In this document: piece by piece, positions 37,851 to 47,798 of the stretch
How positions within the stretch are numbered: position 1 is the first letter of the stretch
Layout of the letters: the number at the start of each line of letters is the position of its first letter
Assembly (NCBI GenBank): GCA_030613245.1
Contig: JAUWMI010000003.1
Coordinates: 65,062-129,061, forward strand
Reading direction: 5' to 3'
Length of the DNA stretch: 64,000 nucleotides
Source of the DNA: Candidatus Sumerlaeota bacterium
Lineage (GTDB): Bacteria > Sumerlaeota > Sumerlaeia > MWCT01 > JAUWMI01
Position numbers and translations under genes: made by a program
Notes under the pieces: generated by a model
Databases searched by the model: none
What the model saw: the letters and a program-made list of their open reading frames with translations, nothing else
Told to the model about the DNA's origin: nothing

Positions 37851-38044
37851 GATGGTTTCAGCAGATTCGCTTGACTTTTATACAATCCAGATATCGTATA
37901 TTGAGGCAAGGCATTGTGAAACTCTGGATAAAGAGTGTGCCCGCTGGCGTACCTCGTACCGGAAGAATACACCTGGCCACCGGGCGTTCATGGTGCCGTA
38001 AGCTTCAGTGTCTGGCTAAGTGATGCCACATTTCTGATCGGATT

Positions 38045-41000
38045 TTGAAGAAAACACTAATGAATTCAGCAGAGCAGAAGAAGGTCTCCTCGCAGCACGG
38101 CTTTTCGCGCGCTGATCTTGTAAACGGACTTATCTTGTTCGCGATTCCCTTCTTGCTCTTCCTGCCCACCGTGTTACGCAATCAGATTCCCTACTTCATG
38201 GACATCGTCACGCAATTCTATCCTGTCAGGATGTTTGCTGCGCACCTGCTTCATCAGGGCGAAATGCCGCTATGGAATCCGACCTATTACTGCGGCGTAC
38301 CGCTTCTGGCGAATCCTCAATGGGGAATTCTCTACCCCGGCAACGTTCTGTTCTTTCTTTTTCCCGCAGGGTGGAGCTTTACCGCAACGCTGGCGCTTCA
38401 CTCCGTGATCGGTAGCTGGGGTCTATACCTTCTGGCGAAGCATGTTACACAGAACCGTTACGCTGCGATGCTGGCAGCGCTGCTCTACCTGCTCGGTGGG
38501 TATACGTGGGCACACTATGCCTTTGGTGCATTTCTGCTCACGCTCGCCTGGGTGCCGTTCGTCTATTTCTGGTTTGAGCGGTATATGGAGACGCGACGCG
38601 GTTTGTACGTGCTGGCCGCAGGAGTTGGTCTGGCATTGCAGATTCTCTCGGGCACGCCGCAGATTACCTACTATGCCATGTTGAGCTACCTGGTGCTGGT
38701 TGTGGTGCGAGGTGTGGGGGAGTGGCGTGGGGGGAAGGGTCTGGCAGGACTTAAGCAGCCACTAATATTCTTTGGCGGAATGTGCGTAATCGGGCTTGGA
38801 TTGTCAGCGCCGCAATGGCTGGCCAGTCTAAAATTTCTTACGGAGTGTGAGCGCTCTGGTGGGTTGAGCTTGCATGAAGTAAAAACAGGGACACTCTCGC
38901 TTAGCCAGCTCTGGTGCGCGTTCACCGGCGGAACAAGTTGGCCTGAGGATGCAGAGACAACCGCGTATATTGGGCTTTTTCCTCTATTCCTGGCGATTTT
39001 CGGAGCGTTGGCATGCCGACATCGCGCATTGCGGGGATACCGCATAATTGCTTTTGCGAGTATTCTCTTCCTGCTGAGCTCACTCAGCGGCTTTTTCTAC
39101 CAATGGTTTCCTCTCTATCGGCATTTTCACGATCCCAAGCGGGTGCTTGGAATCCTGATGATTGTCGTGAGCTTGCTCGCAGCATGCGGGATGTGCCGGG
39201 TGTGGGAACTGTTTTCCCGTGGCTGGCCCAGAGAACGCTTCTGGGTTTCTGTTGGCGGCGCAATGCTCTTGGTTCTCTTTGTTTTGGAGGCAGTTTGGCG
39301 TCGTGGTGAATTTGCATCGAGCACCATGCTAGCCGGCAGCCAGGTGCTAGGATGGATTACGATGTCGGCCTCGGTGATTCCTATGTTGCTGGATATTCAA
39401 CGGGTTCTAGTTAGCATTGCAGTGCTGGTGCTGCTGCTATGGTGTTTTTGGCTGAAGAGGCTAGTTTCTCCTGTATTTCCCATTCCTCTTATGGCGTTCT
39501 GCATCATAGTGTTGGTCTTTTTATTTTCGTACCCAGTGGTGATTAAGGGGCTGAATCTCATCGTCGTTGGCGCAGGCATTGTATTGGTTATGAATCTATG
39601 GATCAGGAGAGAAGAGGGTCCACTTTCTGCTGTATTGATCCTCATTCTTGTGGCGGTCTCGACTATGGTGTTTAGCTTTGGAAGGATTGACCTAAAGTTC
39701 ATAGGCGCACAGGATCTCTTCCAGCGTACTTCCCTCAGCGAGCCGATTTTTATTTCAGACACTCAAAGCCGATTTCTGAGCTATGATGAGGGCATTCACT
39801 ATTCGTACGATTATACGAGAGCTGGTTTTGGAGAACGGCTGTTGCCGAATCTGGGTTCGTATTTCGGCCTGAAGGATTTTCAGGGCTACGATCCTTCGAT
39901 TCCTCGCCGCTATGCTACATATCTCAAACTGGTCAACCGCGGATTTGTTCGTCTCTATACAAAACATTTTGGTATCGTGCGGAATCTCGGCTCGCCACTA
40001 CTCGATCGGGCCAACGTACGCTATGTCATTGGCGATGCAGATTCGTATGTGCCGTTCATGCAGGCGGCAAAAGTAAAGGAAGGGGAGCCGCTAGACGTGC
40101 GGCTGGAAATGCCAGGGCCGTTTTCCGCTATTACGCTGTGGGCTGTTGCGTTGCCATACTTTTATATTACAAAGGGTCAGGAAGTTGGGAGTGTTAGTTG
40201 CTATGCAGATGGTAGATTGGTAGAGCGATTTCCCCTGCGCTTTGGCGTTGAAGCTGGTGGCAGAGGGATGGGTGGATACCGAGTCGAGAAGTTGATTAAT
40301 CAGGACGACACCCGGTTTTGTGACTTTATCAGGGATCGAGGGGTTCCGTTTTTTGCGACCAGGTTTCTTCTGCGCCCTGCGAAATCACTGAGCCAGGTTG
40401 CTGTTGAGTGGACGTGGGCGCGGGGGAGTAATCTCTTGGTGAAACAGATCACTCTTCGACCCGTGGCATGGGCAGAAGCTGTGAAGCTGGTCAGAGAAGA
40501 GCGTAACACAACGCCGTGGGACACCTGGCGGCTTCGGCTCTATGAGCGAAAGAATATTTTGCCGCGAGTGCAAATGGCCACCCAGCTTATTCATGCTGCT
40601 TCGCCTGAGGAGGCCGCGCAAAAACTTGCCGCGCTGGGCGCTGGCCAAGATTCTACTGTAATCGTAGAAACTAAAGCTCGCGACGAAGCTCTGCCTTCAC
40701 AACTTGGGAACGGGAAAGTATTACAAACCACATACAAAACGAATAGAGTGGACATCAAAGTGGAATGCGACGAACCGGGTGGATTTCTTGTGCTTCGCGA
40801 TGCATTCTTTCCGGGCTGGAGAGCGACAGTTGACAATGCGCCCGCAAAGATTTATCCTACAGACCTCATGTTCCGGGGTATCATGATCCCGAAAGGGGTG
40901 CATTCTGTACGATTCGTGTATCGTCCCAAAGAGATTGTATACGGATTTGTTCTCGTACTTGTAACGCTAGGCGGGATTGTTTTGTCTATCCTGCGTTCAA

Positions 41001-41050
41001 AACGCATGCGTCGCAATTCATTAGGAGCTAATTCAAAGGCTACATCGTGA
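38045..41050 (+). CDS. YfhO-family membrane protein (GT-C-like)
   Basis: QFYP, GEMPLWNPTYYCGVPLLANPQ..YP, YIG, QGYDP, C-terminal DAFFPGWRATVD..FRGI.IPKG.H.V.F.Y.P. Start uncertain. Confidence 0.85.
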   Translation: MKKTLMNSAEQKKVSSQHGFSRADLVNGLILFAIPFLLFLPTVLRNQIPYFMDIVTQFYPVRMFAAHLLHQGEMPLWNPTYYCGVPLLANPQWGILYPGNVLFFLFPAGWSFTATLALHSVIGSWGLYLLAKHVTQNRYAAMLAALLYLLGGYTWAHYAFGAFLLTLAWVPFVYFWFERYMETRRGLYVLAAGVGLALQILSGTPQITYYAMLSYLVLVVVRGVGEWRGGKGLAGLKQPLIFFGGMCVIGLGLSAPQWLASLKFLTECERSGGLSLHEVKTGTLSLSQLWCAFTGGTSWPEDAETTAYIGLFPLFLAIFGALACRHRALRGYRIIAFASILFLLSSLSGFFYQWFPLYRHFHDPKRVLGILMIVVSLLAACGMCRVWELFSRGWPRERFWVSVGGAMLLVLFVLEAVWRRGEFASSTMLAGSQVLGWITMSASVIPMLLDIQRVLVSIAVLVLLLWCFWLKRLVSPVFPIPLMAFCIIVLVFLFSYPVVIKGLNLIVVGAGIVLVMNLWIRREEGPLSAVLILILVAVSTMVFSFGRIDLKFIGAQDLFQRTSLSEPIFISDTQSRFLSYDEGIHYSYDYTRAGFGERLLPNLGSYFGLKDFQGYDPSIPRRYATYLKLVNRGFVRLYTKHFGIVRNLGSPLLDRANVRYVIGDADSYVPFMQAAKVKEGEPLDVRLEMPGPFSAITLWAVALPYFYITKGQEVGSVSCYADGRLVERFPLRFGVEAGGRGMGGYRVEKLINQDDTRFCDFIRDRGVPFFATRFLLRPAKSLSQVAVEWTWARGSNLLVKQITLRPVAWAEAVKLVREERNTTPWDTWRLRLYERKNILPRVQMATQLIHAASPEEAAQKLAALGAGQDSTVIVETKARDEALPSQLGNGKVLQTTYKTNRVDIKVECDEPGGFLVLRDAFFPGWRATVDNAPAKIYPTDLMFRGIMIPKGVHSVRFVYRPKEIVYGFVLVLVTLGGIVLSILRSKRMRRNSLGANSKATS

Positions 41051-42138
41051 GTGATACTCAACCTGATGGGACAGCGTTGATCTTATGTGAAGGAGCGTTC
41101 GGGACTCCATATGGGAAGACCGCACACGGACTTGTGCGCTTTACCCGGCGCTATCGCGTCCTTGCCGTGATTGACAGCCAGCACGCAGGCCAGGACGCAG
41201 GAATGGTGCTGGACGGTAAGCCATGTGGTATTCCAATCTTTGGCTCACTTGCCGACGCACTGCGCGCGGTCAAAGAGCCGGTTCAGTATTTGGTAATCGG
41301 GGTTGCGCCAGATGGCGGCTTGCTGCCAAAATCCTACCGTCCAATTGTGAGAGAGGCGATTGAGAATGGCTTGAATGTAGATAGTGGGTTACATGAATTT
41401 CTAAGCGACGACCCAGAATTCCGTCAGCTGTCTGCAAGTCGTGCTGTGCAGCTCCGCGATATTCGTAAACCTCCACCCCGCCACCGTCTTCACTTCTTCA
41501 GTGGCAAAATTGACCAGGTTTCTGCCCTGAGAATTGCCGTGCTCGGGACCGACTCGGCTGTGGGTAAGCGCACAACCATGCTGGCACTTCACCATGCGCT
41601 CCAGCAACATGATATCAGGAGCGAAGTGATTGGCACGGGCCAGACCGCGTGGCTGCAAGGGCTGAGCTACTGTGTGATGCTCGATTCTATTGTGAATGAT
41701 TTTGTGACTGGCGAGATCGAGCATTGCATCTGCCAGGCAGACTATGAGCAGAATCCGCAGATTATCTTGCTGGAGGGTCAGGGAAGTCTGACACATCCGG
41801 CCTATCCGGGTGGATTCGAGTTGATTGCTGCAGGAAAGCCGCACGCCATAGTACTTCAACACGCGCCAAAGCGCCAATGTTATGATGGGTTCCCACAGTA
41901 CGAGATTGGGAATCTGTCGGGGGAAATTAAGCTGCTGGAACTCTTTAGCCGGGTCAAGGTGCTGGCACTAACCCTGAGTCACGAGGGGATGAACAGCGAG
42001 GAAATCGAGCAGGTCGTTGCGCAGTATGAGACGCAGCACGGGATTCCGGTGTGCGATGTGCTCGTACATGGGTGTGAGAAGATCATCAAGGCCTTGCTAA
42101 AACGTTTTCCCGGGTTGCGTGCAAATTCTCATAAGTAG
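41047..42138 (+). CDS. DUF1611 P-loop protein (DgcN-like)
   Basis: GKTAHGL, SGLH.FL, GTDSAVGKRTT, TGQT, EGQGSL.HP.Y. GTGA overlap with the upstream gene. Confidence 0.88.
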   Translation: MSDTQPDGTALILCEGAFGTPYGKTAHGLVRFTRRYRVLAVIDSQHAGQDAGMVLDGKPCGIPIFGSLADALRAVKEPVQYLVIGVAPDGGLLPKSYRPIVREAIENGLNVDSGLHEFLSDDPEFRQLSASRAVQLRDIRKPPPRHRLHFFSGKIDQVSALRIAVLGTDSAVGKRTTMLALHHALQQHDIRSEVIGTGQTAWLQGLSYCVMLDSIVNDFVTGEIEHCICQADYEQNPQIILLEGQGSLTHPAYPGGFELIAAGKPHAIVLQHAPKRQCYDGFPQYEIGNLSGEIKLLELFSRVKVLALTLSHEGMNSEEIEQVVAQYETQHGIPVCDVLVHGCEKIIKALLKRFPGLRANSHK

Positions 42139-42202
42139 GGGCAGTTCGCGACTTGTGCGCCTCAGGCGTAACTGCCCCTACGGTGCTGGGAAAGGATCAG
42201 CA

Positions 42203-43276
42203 ATGGAAATTAACAAGGTAGAGTCGTTTCGCCGAACATTTCAGCTCAAGCATACCTCTGCAGTTGCCTACGGCTCAACAGAAACCGCTGAGAATGTGGT
42301 TGTAAAGTTGACAGCGAGCAATGGGAAAGTCGGATGGGGCAATTGCGCTCCGGATGAATACGTGACCGGCGAGAAAATAGAAGATACAGAGCGATTTCTC
42401 ACAGACGCTGCTCCAGAGCTTCTCCTGCACAGAGATGTCGGAATGCTGGGTGTGCTTAACGATGAACTTCTCCGCCATGGCGCGCGTACTCCAGCGGCAT
42501 GTGCGGGACTAAATATTGCGCTCTACGATTTGCTGGGGAAATGTGCGCATCTGCCCGTGTATCGGCTGCTCGGGGCTTGCCGCTCATCAATACTCACTTC
42601 TGTGACTGTGTCGCTTGTTAATCTCGACGATGCTGTAAATCTGGCGCAGGAATACGTAGGCCAGGGATTTCGTGCGTTGAAGATCAAGATTGGCACCACC
42701 TGGCAGGAGGATTATGAACGCATTGTTGCCATTGCCGGAGCTGTGGGGAAAGAAATCGAGCTGCGGCTCGACGCAAATCAGGCCTACGAACCGGGTGATG
42801 CCCTGGCATTACTGGCAAAGCTCGAAGATCAACAGCCCAATATCGCGTTTCTGGAGCAGCCAACCAGAGCCCGGCATATTTATAGCCTGAAGGAAGTCAC
42901 AACGCATAGTACCGTACCGATCATGGCGGACGAAAGTGTCATTGGGCTGAAAGATGCGTTTGTGCTGACTGGCGAGATGATCGCCCACTTGCTCAACATC
43001 AAGTTGATGAAATGTGGTGGGATTACCATGGCTATGAAGATGCTGGCAATCGCTGAGGCTGGCGGTATCTCGTGCATGATTGGCTGTATGGACGAGTCAG
43101 TGATCTCCATTGCCGCGGGGCTGCACTGTGCACTCTGCTCAGGTGCTGTAATGTACGCAGACCTCGATGGGCATCTGGATATCTCGAACGATGTTGCTAC
43201 GGGGGGTGTGGTTCTGAAAGATGGGCATCTCTACCCGGTGGACGCCGAGGGATTCGGTCTGACTGTGCACCTGTAG
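42203..43276 (+). CDS. dipeptide epimerase / DgcA-like racemase (enolase superfamily)
   Basis: KIK, RLDANQ, EQP, MADES, NIKLMKCGGI, GCM.E, DLDG. Confidence 0.9.
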   Translation: MEINKVESFRRTFQLKHTSAVAYGSTETAENVVVKLTASNGKVGWGNCAPDEYVTGEKIEDTERFLTDAAPELLLHRDVGMLGVLNDELLRHGARTPAACAGLNIALYDLLGKCAHLPVYRLLGACRSSILTSVTVSLVNLDDAVNLAQEYVGQGFRALKIKIGTTWQEDYERIVAIAGAVGKEIELRLDANQAYEPGDALALLAKLEDQQPNIAFLEQPTRARHIYSLKEVTTHSTVPIMADESVIGLKDAFVLTGEMIAHLLNIKLMKCGGITMAMKMLAIAEAGGISCMIGCMDESVISIAAGLHCALCSGAVMYADLDGHLDISNDVATGGVVLKDGHLYPVDAEGFGLTVHL

Positions 43277-43280
43277 CGAA

Positions 43281-43346
43281 AGAAGGGGACAGGCAACTCT
43301 TTGAATAGTGGTTCTCACCGTGCAACCTAGCCTTTCTCTTTGCAAG
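43281..43346. repeat. long inverted repeat (REP-like or terminator)
   Basis: agaaggggacaggcaact ... agttgcctgtccccttct. Confidence 0.75.
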
Positions 43347-43535
43347 AAGTTGCCTGTCCCCTTCTTCCCGAAACAAGCCTGACGAACCTTGTAGGTACTG
43401 TATATGCCGAAAATGATCTGGACAATTCTTTAAATCACTGTAAGATATATATTACATAGGGACGAATGCTTATCGATGTCCAAACTTTGCTATATACTTA
43501 ATAGTACGGGGAATTGTGCAAGGAGTAGCAACGCG

Positions 43536-45842
43536 GTGATTTTCCACAAACGTCAATTGGTTATCATTATCTGGGCTCTGGTACTGGTCTCGGCAGGTTT
43601 CTGCGTGCCTGCGCCGCCAGGCCATTTGATCGAGCTATCGCAGCCCGATGGCACGCGCTTTGTTGCGCAGGTGCGAGGCGATGAGTTTTACAGTTGGCTG
43701 GAAGATCGGCTGGGCTATCCGATTGTGCGTGTTGTGCCCGCTAAAGAGTACCGATACGCAATCATTGATTCCGCGGGTGCATTGCAGCCATCGGAATTTC
43801 TTGTGGGCAAAGTGGATCCGCGGCTCCAGTCCTTGCGCCCACACCTCGTCCTGGATGCTGGCATCATCAGGGCGAAGCGTGAGCGCACCTTTTTCCGCAC
43901 ACCCTTCTCCCGGCTGCCGCAGGCCAAGCGTGCAACAGGGATAACCTCAGGTCAGCTGAACAACCTGGTCCTGCTGGTCAATTTTTCCAACACTTCGCCC
44001 ACACACCTACCCCAGGCAATTGATGATCTTTTCAATACTATCGGATACACGGCTGGTGGGGCAAAAGGCTCGGTAAAGGATTACTTTAACGAGGTGTCGT
44101 ACAATCAGCTAAGTCTTAATTCCACGATTGTTGACTGGATCAATTTGCCGCAGACCAATGCCTACTATGCTGGTGACGATGACTTCAATGATGAGGGCGA
44201 CGGTAGTTTCGGGCTGAACGAACTTAAATATCCCTTCAACGCGCAACGGCTGGTTGAAGATGCGTTGGATGCGGCTGATCCGTTTGTAGACTTTTCGCAG
44301 TTCGACCAGGATGGTGATGGGTGGATTGATGCAATCAGTATCTGTCATCAGGGTCCCGGCTCTGAAATCACGTACGATATTAACCATGTCTGGTCGCATT
44401 TTGGCTATATCACGTCTACCAGAACGTACGATGGCGTTCAGATTTACTACTACCATCTCGAGCCGGAGCTCTATGATGATGGTGGCGGGCTCGTTCACAT
44501 CGGCGTGATTTGCCACGAGCTGTCGCACTTTCTCGGCTTGCCTGATCTCTATGACTACAATTTCGACTCGTACGGCATTGGCATGTGGGGACTGATGGGC
44601 TATGGCAACTGGAATGATGTCGGCCGGCTACCCGCACATCTCTGCGCGTGGTCAAAAGCCCAACTCGGCTGGTTGACACCGACACTAATGAACTGGTCGC
44701 GTCCTGATCGTGTTCTGACCAGCGTGGAGGCGAGTCCACTCGTATATAAGATTTCAGCAGGCATGCCTCTGCAACAATATTTCCTGCTGGAAAATAGACA
44801 GCTGATCGGTTTCGATGAAGAGCTGCCAGGCTCAGGGCTGTTGATATGGCACATTGACGATAGCCAGCCCAACAATGATAACGAGGATCGCATGATGGTA
44901 GCGCTCGAGCAGGCGGACGGGCTTCGTGATATCGAGCGAAGCCAGAATTATGGCGATGTTAATGATCCTTTTCCTGGCGGTACACTTAACCGTTTTTTTC
45001 GCGAAGACACTGTGCCCGGTAGTAATCCTTACGGTGCAGACACGCCGTACATCCGGCTGACCGACATCCTCATGAATGGAGAAAACGCTGAGTTCGATCT
45101 GCAGACGCTGTTGCCGTATCTGTGGGCATCTGAATCGGTAAGCTACAGCGGGAATTATTCGCTTTTCTGGAACGCTTCGAGCATTGCTGCGCGCTATATT
45201 CTCCAGGAGGGCACGCTGTCGAATCTCTTTCGGCTGGAAGACGGGGCAGAAGGTGGGCTAGGCGGCTGGATTTCCGATGGATTTGTGCTGGCAACTGATC
45301 ATGTGCATTCGGGAACGTATTCGTTTTATTCCGAAACAGACTGGACCATTATGCATACTCTGGAGCTTAATGAATCACTCCTGGTGGGTCCCGAGACGCG
45401 GCTGCACTTCTGGATCTACTACGATATTATGGACGATGATGACGTTGCGTTCCTCGAGATTCTCCCTGAAGGCGGTGAATGGCAAACGCTCCGCACTTAC
45501 TTGAATTCTCAGACAACCTGGGTGCAAGAACAGATCAATCTGGCATCCTACAGTGGCCAGTTTGTCCGATTTCGCTTTCGCTATCAGACCGATGATGGGA
45601 TGTACAAGGTAGGAATTTACGTTGATGATTTCGTCATTGACGACGCAGCAGTCATCCAATGGACTACACTTGGTGCAAATTTTTCAGTGACCAATCACCC
45701 CATCACCCAAAAATCTGGCGACACTTATTACTACCGGGTTGCAGGAATCACCAGCGCAGACCAGCGCAATCCCTGGAGCAATTTGATAAGCGTTCTTGTT
45801 GACGTTCCAGCAGTCACCCTTCCCTGGCATCTCTATTATTAG
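43536..45842 (+). CDS. secreted M6 (immune inhibitor A) family metalloprotease with C-terminal beta domains
   Basis: QPDG..GDE propeptide, GSVKDYF.EVSY, HELSHFLGLPDLYD, LM..G.W, YFLLENRQ, GLLIWH. Ends VTLPWHLYY. Confidence 0.92.
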   Translation: MIFHKRQLVIIIWALVLVSAGFCVPAPPGHLIELSQPDGTRFVAQVRGDEFYSWLEDRLGYPIVRVVPAKEYRYAIIDSAGALQPSEFLVGKVDPRLQSLRPHLVLDAGIIRAKRERTFFRTPFSRLPQAKRATGITSGQLNNLVLLVNFSNTSPTHLPQAIDDLFNTIGYTAGGAKGSVKDYFNEVSYNQLSLNSTIVDWINLPQTNAYYAGDDDFNDEGDGSFGLNELKYPFNAQRLVEDALDAADPFVDFSQFDQDGDGWIDAISICHQGPGSEITYDINHVWSHFGYITSTRTYDGVQIYYYHLEPELYDDGGGLVHIGVICHELSHFLGLPDLYDYNFDSYGIGMWGLMGYGNWNDVGRLPAHLCAWSKAQLGWLTPTLMNWSRPDRVLTSVEASPLVYKISAGMPLQQYFLLENRQLIGFDEELPGSGLLIWHIDDSQPNNDNEDRMMVALEQADGLRDIERSQNYGDVNDPFPGGTLNRFFREDTVPGSNPYGADTPYIRLTDILMNGENAEFDLQTLLPYLWASESVSYSGNYSLFWNASSIAARYILQEGTLSNLFRLEDGAEGGLGGWISDGFVLATDHVHSGTYSFYSETDWTIMHTLELNESLLVGPETRLHFWIYYDIMDDDDVAFLEILPEGGEWQTLRTYLNSQTTWVQEQINLASYSGQFVRFRFRYQTDDGMYKVGIYVDDFVIDDAAVIQWTTLGANFSVTNHPITQKSGDTYYYRVAGITSADQRNPWSNLISVLVDVPAVTLPWHLYY

Positions 45843-45934
45843 CCTACGCCCGGCCTCTTTTGCTCCTGAGAGCGCATAACTGAAATAAATATCAAACCAC
45901 AGCGGCATGACGTGTCTCCCATTAAAAATATAAG

Positions 45935-46005
45935 GTAGGGGCAACCCTCGTGGTTGCCCAACAATTCTGCCAAAATAATAGGGCAGGCACAAGGCCTGCC
46001 CCTAC
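45935..46005. repeat. inverted GTAG REP doublet (REPIN-like)
   Basis: gtaggggcaaccctcgtggttgccc ... gggcaggcacaaggcctgcccctac. The second arm recurs inverted at about 53526-53550. Confidence 0.75.
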
Positions 46006-46155
46006 GCCCCTGTTGTGTACGTTGTGTCGTAGTGGTTAATACGCCGTAGGCGCACATTTCAATAGCGTCGCTACTTTTCTGTACAAAACAAGATAAATAA
46101 AAAACGCTTCTGGAGGTGCTGCACCTCGAATTTAGCTGAGGCGGCCAGGCCGGGA

Positions 46156-46231
46156 TTATGCACAGCCTTTCAGGCTTTATCCCCAGCTTGTTCACAAGGT
46201 TTTCACATGCTTTTCCACAGGATTATCCACA
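46156..46231 (+). promoter_or_regulatory. array of six co-oriented DnaA-box-like 9-mers
   Basis: TTATGCACA 46156, TTATCCCCA 46177, TTGTTCACA 46188, GTTTTCACA 46199, TTTTCCACA 46211, TTATCCACA 46223. Confidence 0.75.
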
Positions 46232-46393
46232 CACCGTGTTCCAAGAGCATTACTCCCTTGCGGTCTGTTTAATAAGAAATTGCCACAGAGACACAGAGGC
46301 ACAGAGGTCTTCATTGAATTTATATCGGTGCTGGTATGACCGCTTCAAGTCTTGACACCTCCAGATTCGCAGAGTAGGAAATAAGATTGAACT

Positions 46394-46540
46394 GAGCAGT
46401 CGGGGAGTTTTCTATAACGCCGACTGCTCATCCTGAGGAGCGAAGCGACGAAGGATCTTAATAATGAGATCCTTCACGGAGTTTATCCTGAGCGAAGCTG
46501 AAGGGTTCAGGATGACGGGTCAGAAACTCTCCGACCCCTC
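46394..46540. mobile_element. 147-bp MITE with imperfect TIRs and 10-bp target-site duplication
   Basis: agattgaact at 46384-46393 and 46541-46550. TIRs gagcagtcggggagttt vs gaggggtcggagagttt (14/17). Confidence 0.8.
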
Positions 46541-46608
46541 AGATTGAACTATAATGCACACCGGCCAATGGTGTAATACGTGATTCGCCGACAAAGCGAG
46601 TGTTGCTC

Positions 46609-47532
46609 ATGTCCGATATTCATCGCGTTTCAGATGTGCCAAAGACAAGATGGTTCGCGAGCCTCAGGGATGCCCGCGTACGCGCAGCCTATTTGTTCAT
46701 CGCTCTGCCTTGCATTGTGGTCGCTGTTTTTGTGTTGGCTCCCTGCCTCTGGGCTATTGCACTCAGCTTTTATAAAAGCGATGGGATCAACCCTGCCATA
46801 TTTATTGGACTCAAGAATTACGGTAAAATGCTCGATGATTCCGTGGTCTGGATTTCGTTTCTCAACACGTTCTACTATGTGGCGGGAACCGTGCCTGTCT
46901 CGATTATCCTGTCGTTTTACATTGCCGTGATCCTGAACGAAAAGTGGTTTAAGGGCCGCAGTCTTATGCGAACGATTTACTTCCTGCCCGTAGTTGTGGC
47001 AATGGTTGCCGTGGCATTCGTCTGGCAATGGCTGTACAATCCGTCGTTTGGCATAATCAACCGCCTTATGCAGCTGGTCGGCCTGCCGCCGCAGATATGG
47101 CTCGGCGACCCCTGGCTTGCGATGCCATGCATCATTCTAGTGAGTATCTGGAAGGGCCTGGGGTTTTTCGTTATTATCTATCTGGCAGGGCTGCAAGGCA
47201 TCCCTTCGATGTATTACGAGGCGGCCAGCCTTGATGGCGCAAACCGGTGGCAGCAAATTCGCCACGTCACCTGGCCTCTCTTGTTTCCGACCACCTGCTT
47301 TTTAACCATCATGGGCGTGATTGGCGGATTTCAGGTGTTCGAGCAAGTGTACGTAATGACGCGAGGAGGGCCGGTGAACGCTACCCGCGTGGTGCTCTAT
47401 TACCTCTGGGAAAAGGGATTCGTGTCATTGGAGCTTGGCTACGCCTCAGCGATTGCGGTGTTGCTGTTTATCGTGGTGTTGGGCATCACGCTGCTTCAGT
47501 TGAAGTACTATACGCCGAGAATGGAATTTTGA
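46609..47532 (+). CDS. carbohydrate ABC transporter permease
   Basis: FIGLKNY, WKGLG, YLAGLQGIP..YEAASLDGA, GGP.NAT, GYASA. Confidence 0.92.
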   Translation: MSDIHRVSDVPKTRWFASLRDARVRAAYLFIALPCIVVAVFVLAPCLWAIALSFYKSDGINPAIFIGLKNYGKMLDDSVVWISFLNTFYYVAGTVPVSIILSFYIAVILNEKWFKGRSLMRTIYFLPVVVAMVAVAFVWQWLYNPSFGIINRLMQLVGLPPQIWLGDPWLAMPCIILVSIWKGLGFFVIIYLAGLQGIPSMYYEAASLDGANRWQQIRHVTWPLLFPTTCFLTIMGVIGGFQVFEQVYVMTRGGPVNATRVVLYYLWEKGFVSLELGYASAIAVLLFIVVLGITLLQLKYYTPRMEF

Positions 47533-47646
47533 TCCAGATTTTGCAGGAGAAAAAAGAAGATCATAGCCGATGCCTGATAACCTAAAACAGGGGAGCCAAA
47601 AGGGCTTTGGAAAGCGATCCCAGCGGGTGTGCACAAAAAGATTGAG

Positions 47647-47743
47647 GCAATTTCATCCGCCTTGGTGGATGAAATTGCGCGCAAGTAAAGGTTTAGGAGG
47701 GAAGCGCGAGGGGTGACCCTTTTTCTAAAGGGTTCCCCTCGCA
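47647..47743 (-). mobile_element. family A element, partial inverted copy inside the sugar ABC operon
   Basis: gcgaggggtgacccttttt..aaagggttcccctcgc with adjacent aaaggtttaggagggaagc. Confidence 0.75.
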
Positions 47744-47798
47744 ATGCCAAATGTGTCGCCTGGTTTAATTCAGGTTTTCTTAGACGAGAAGTGATACT

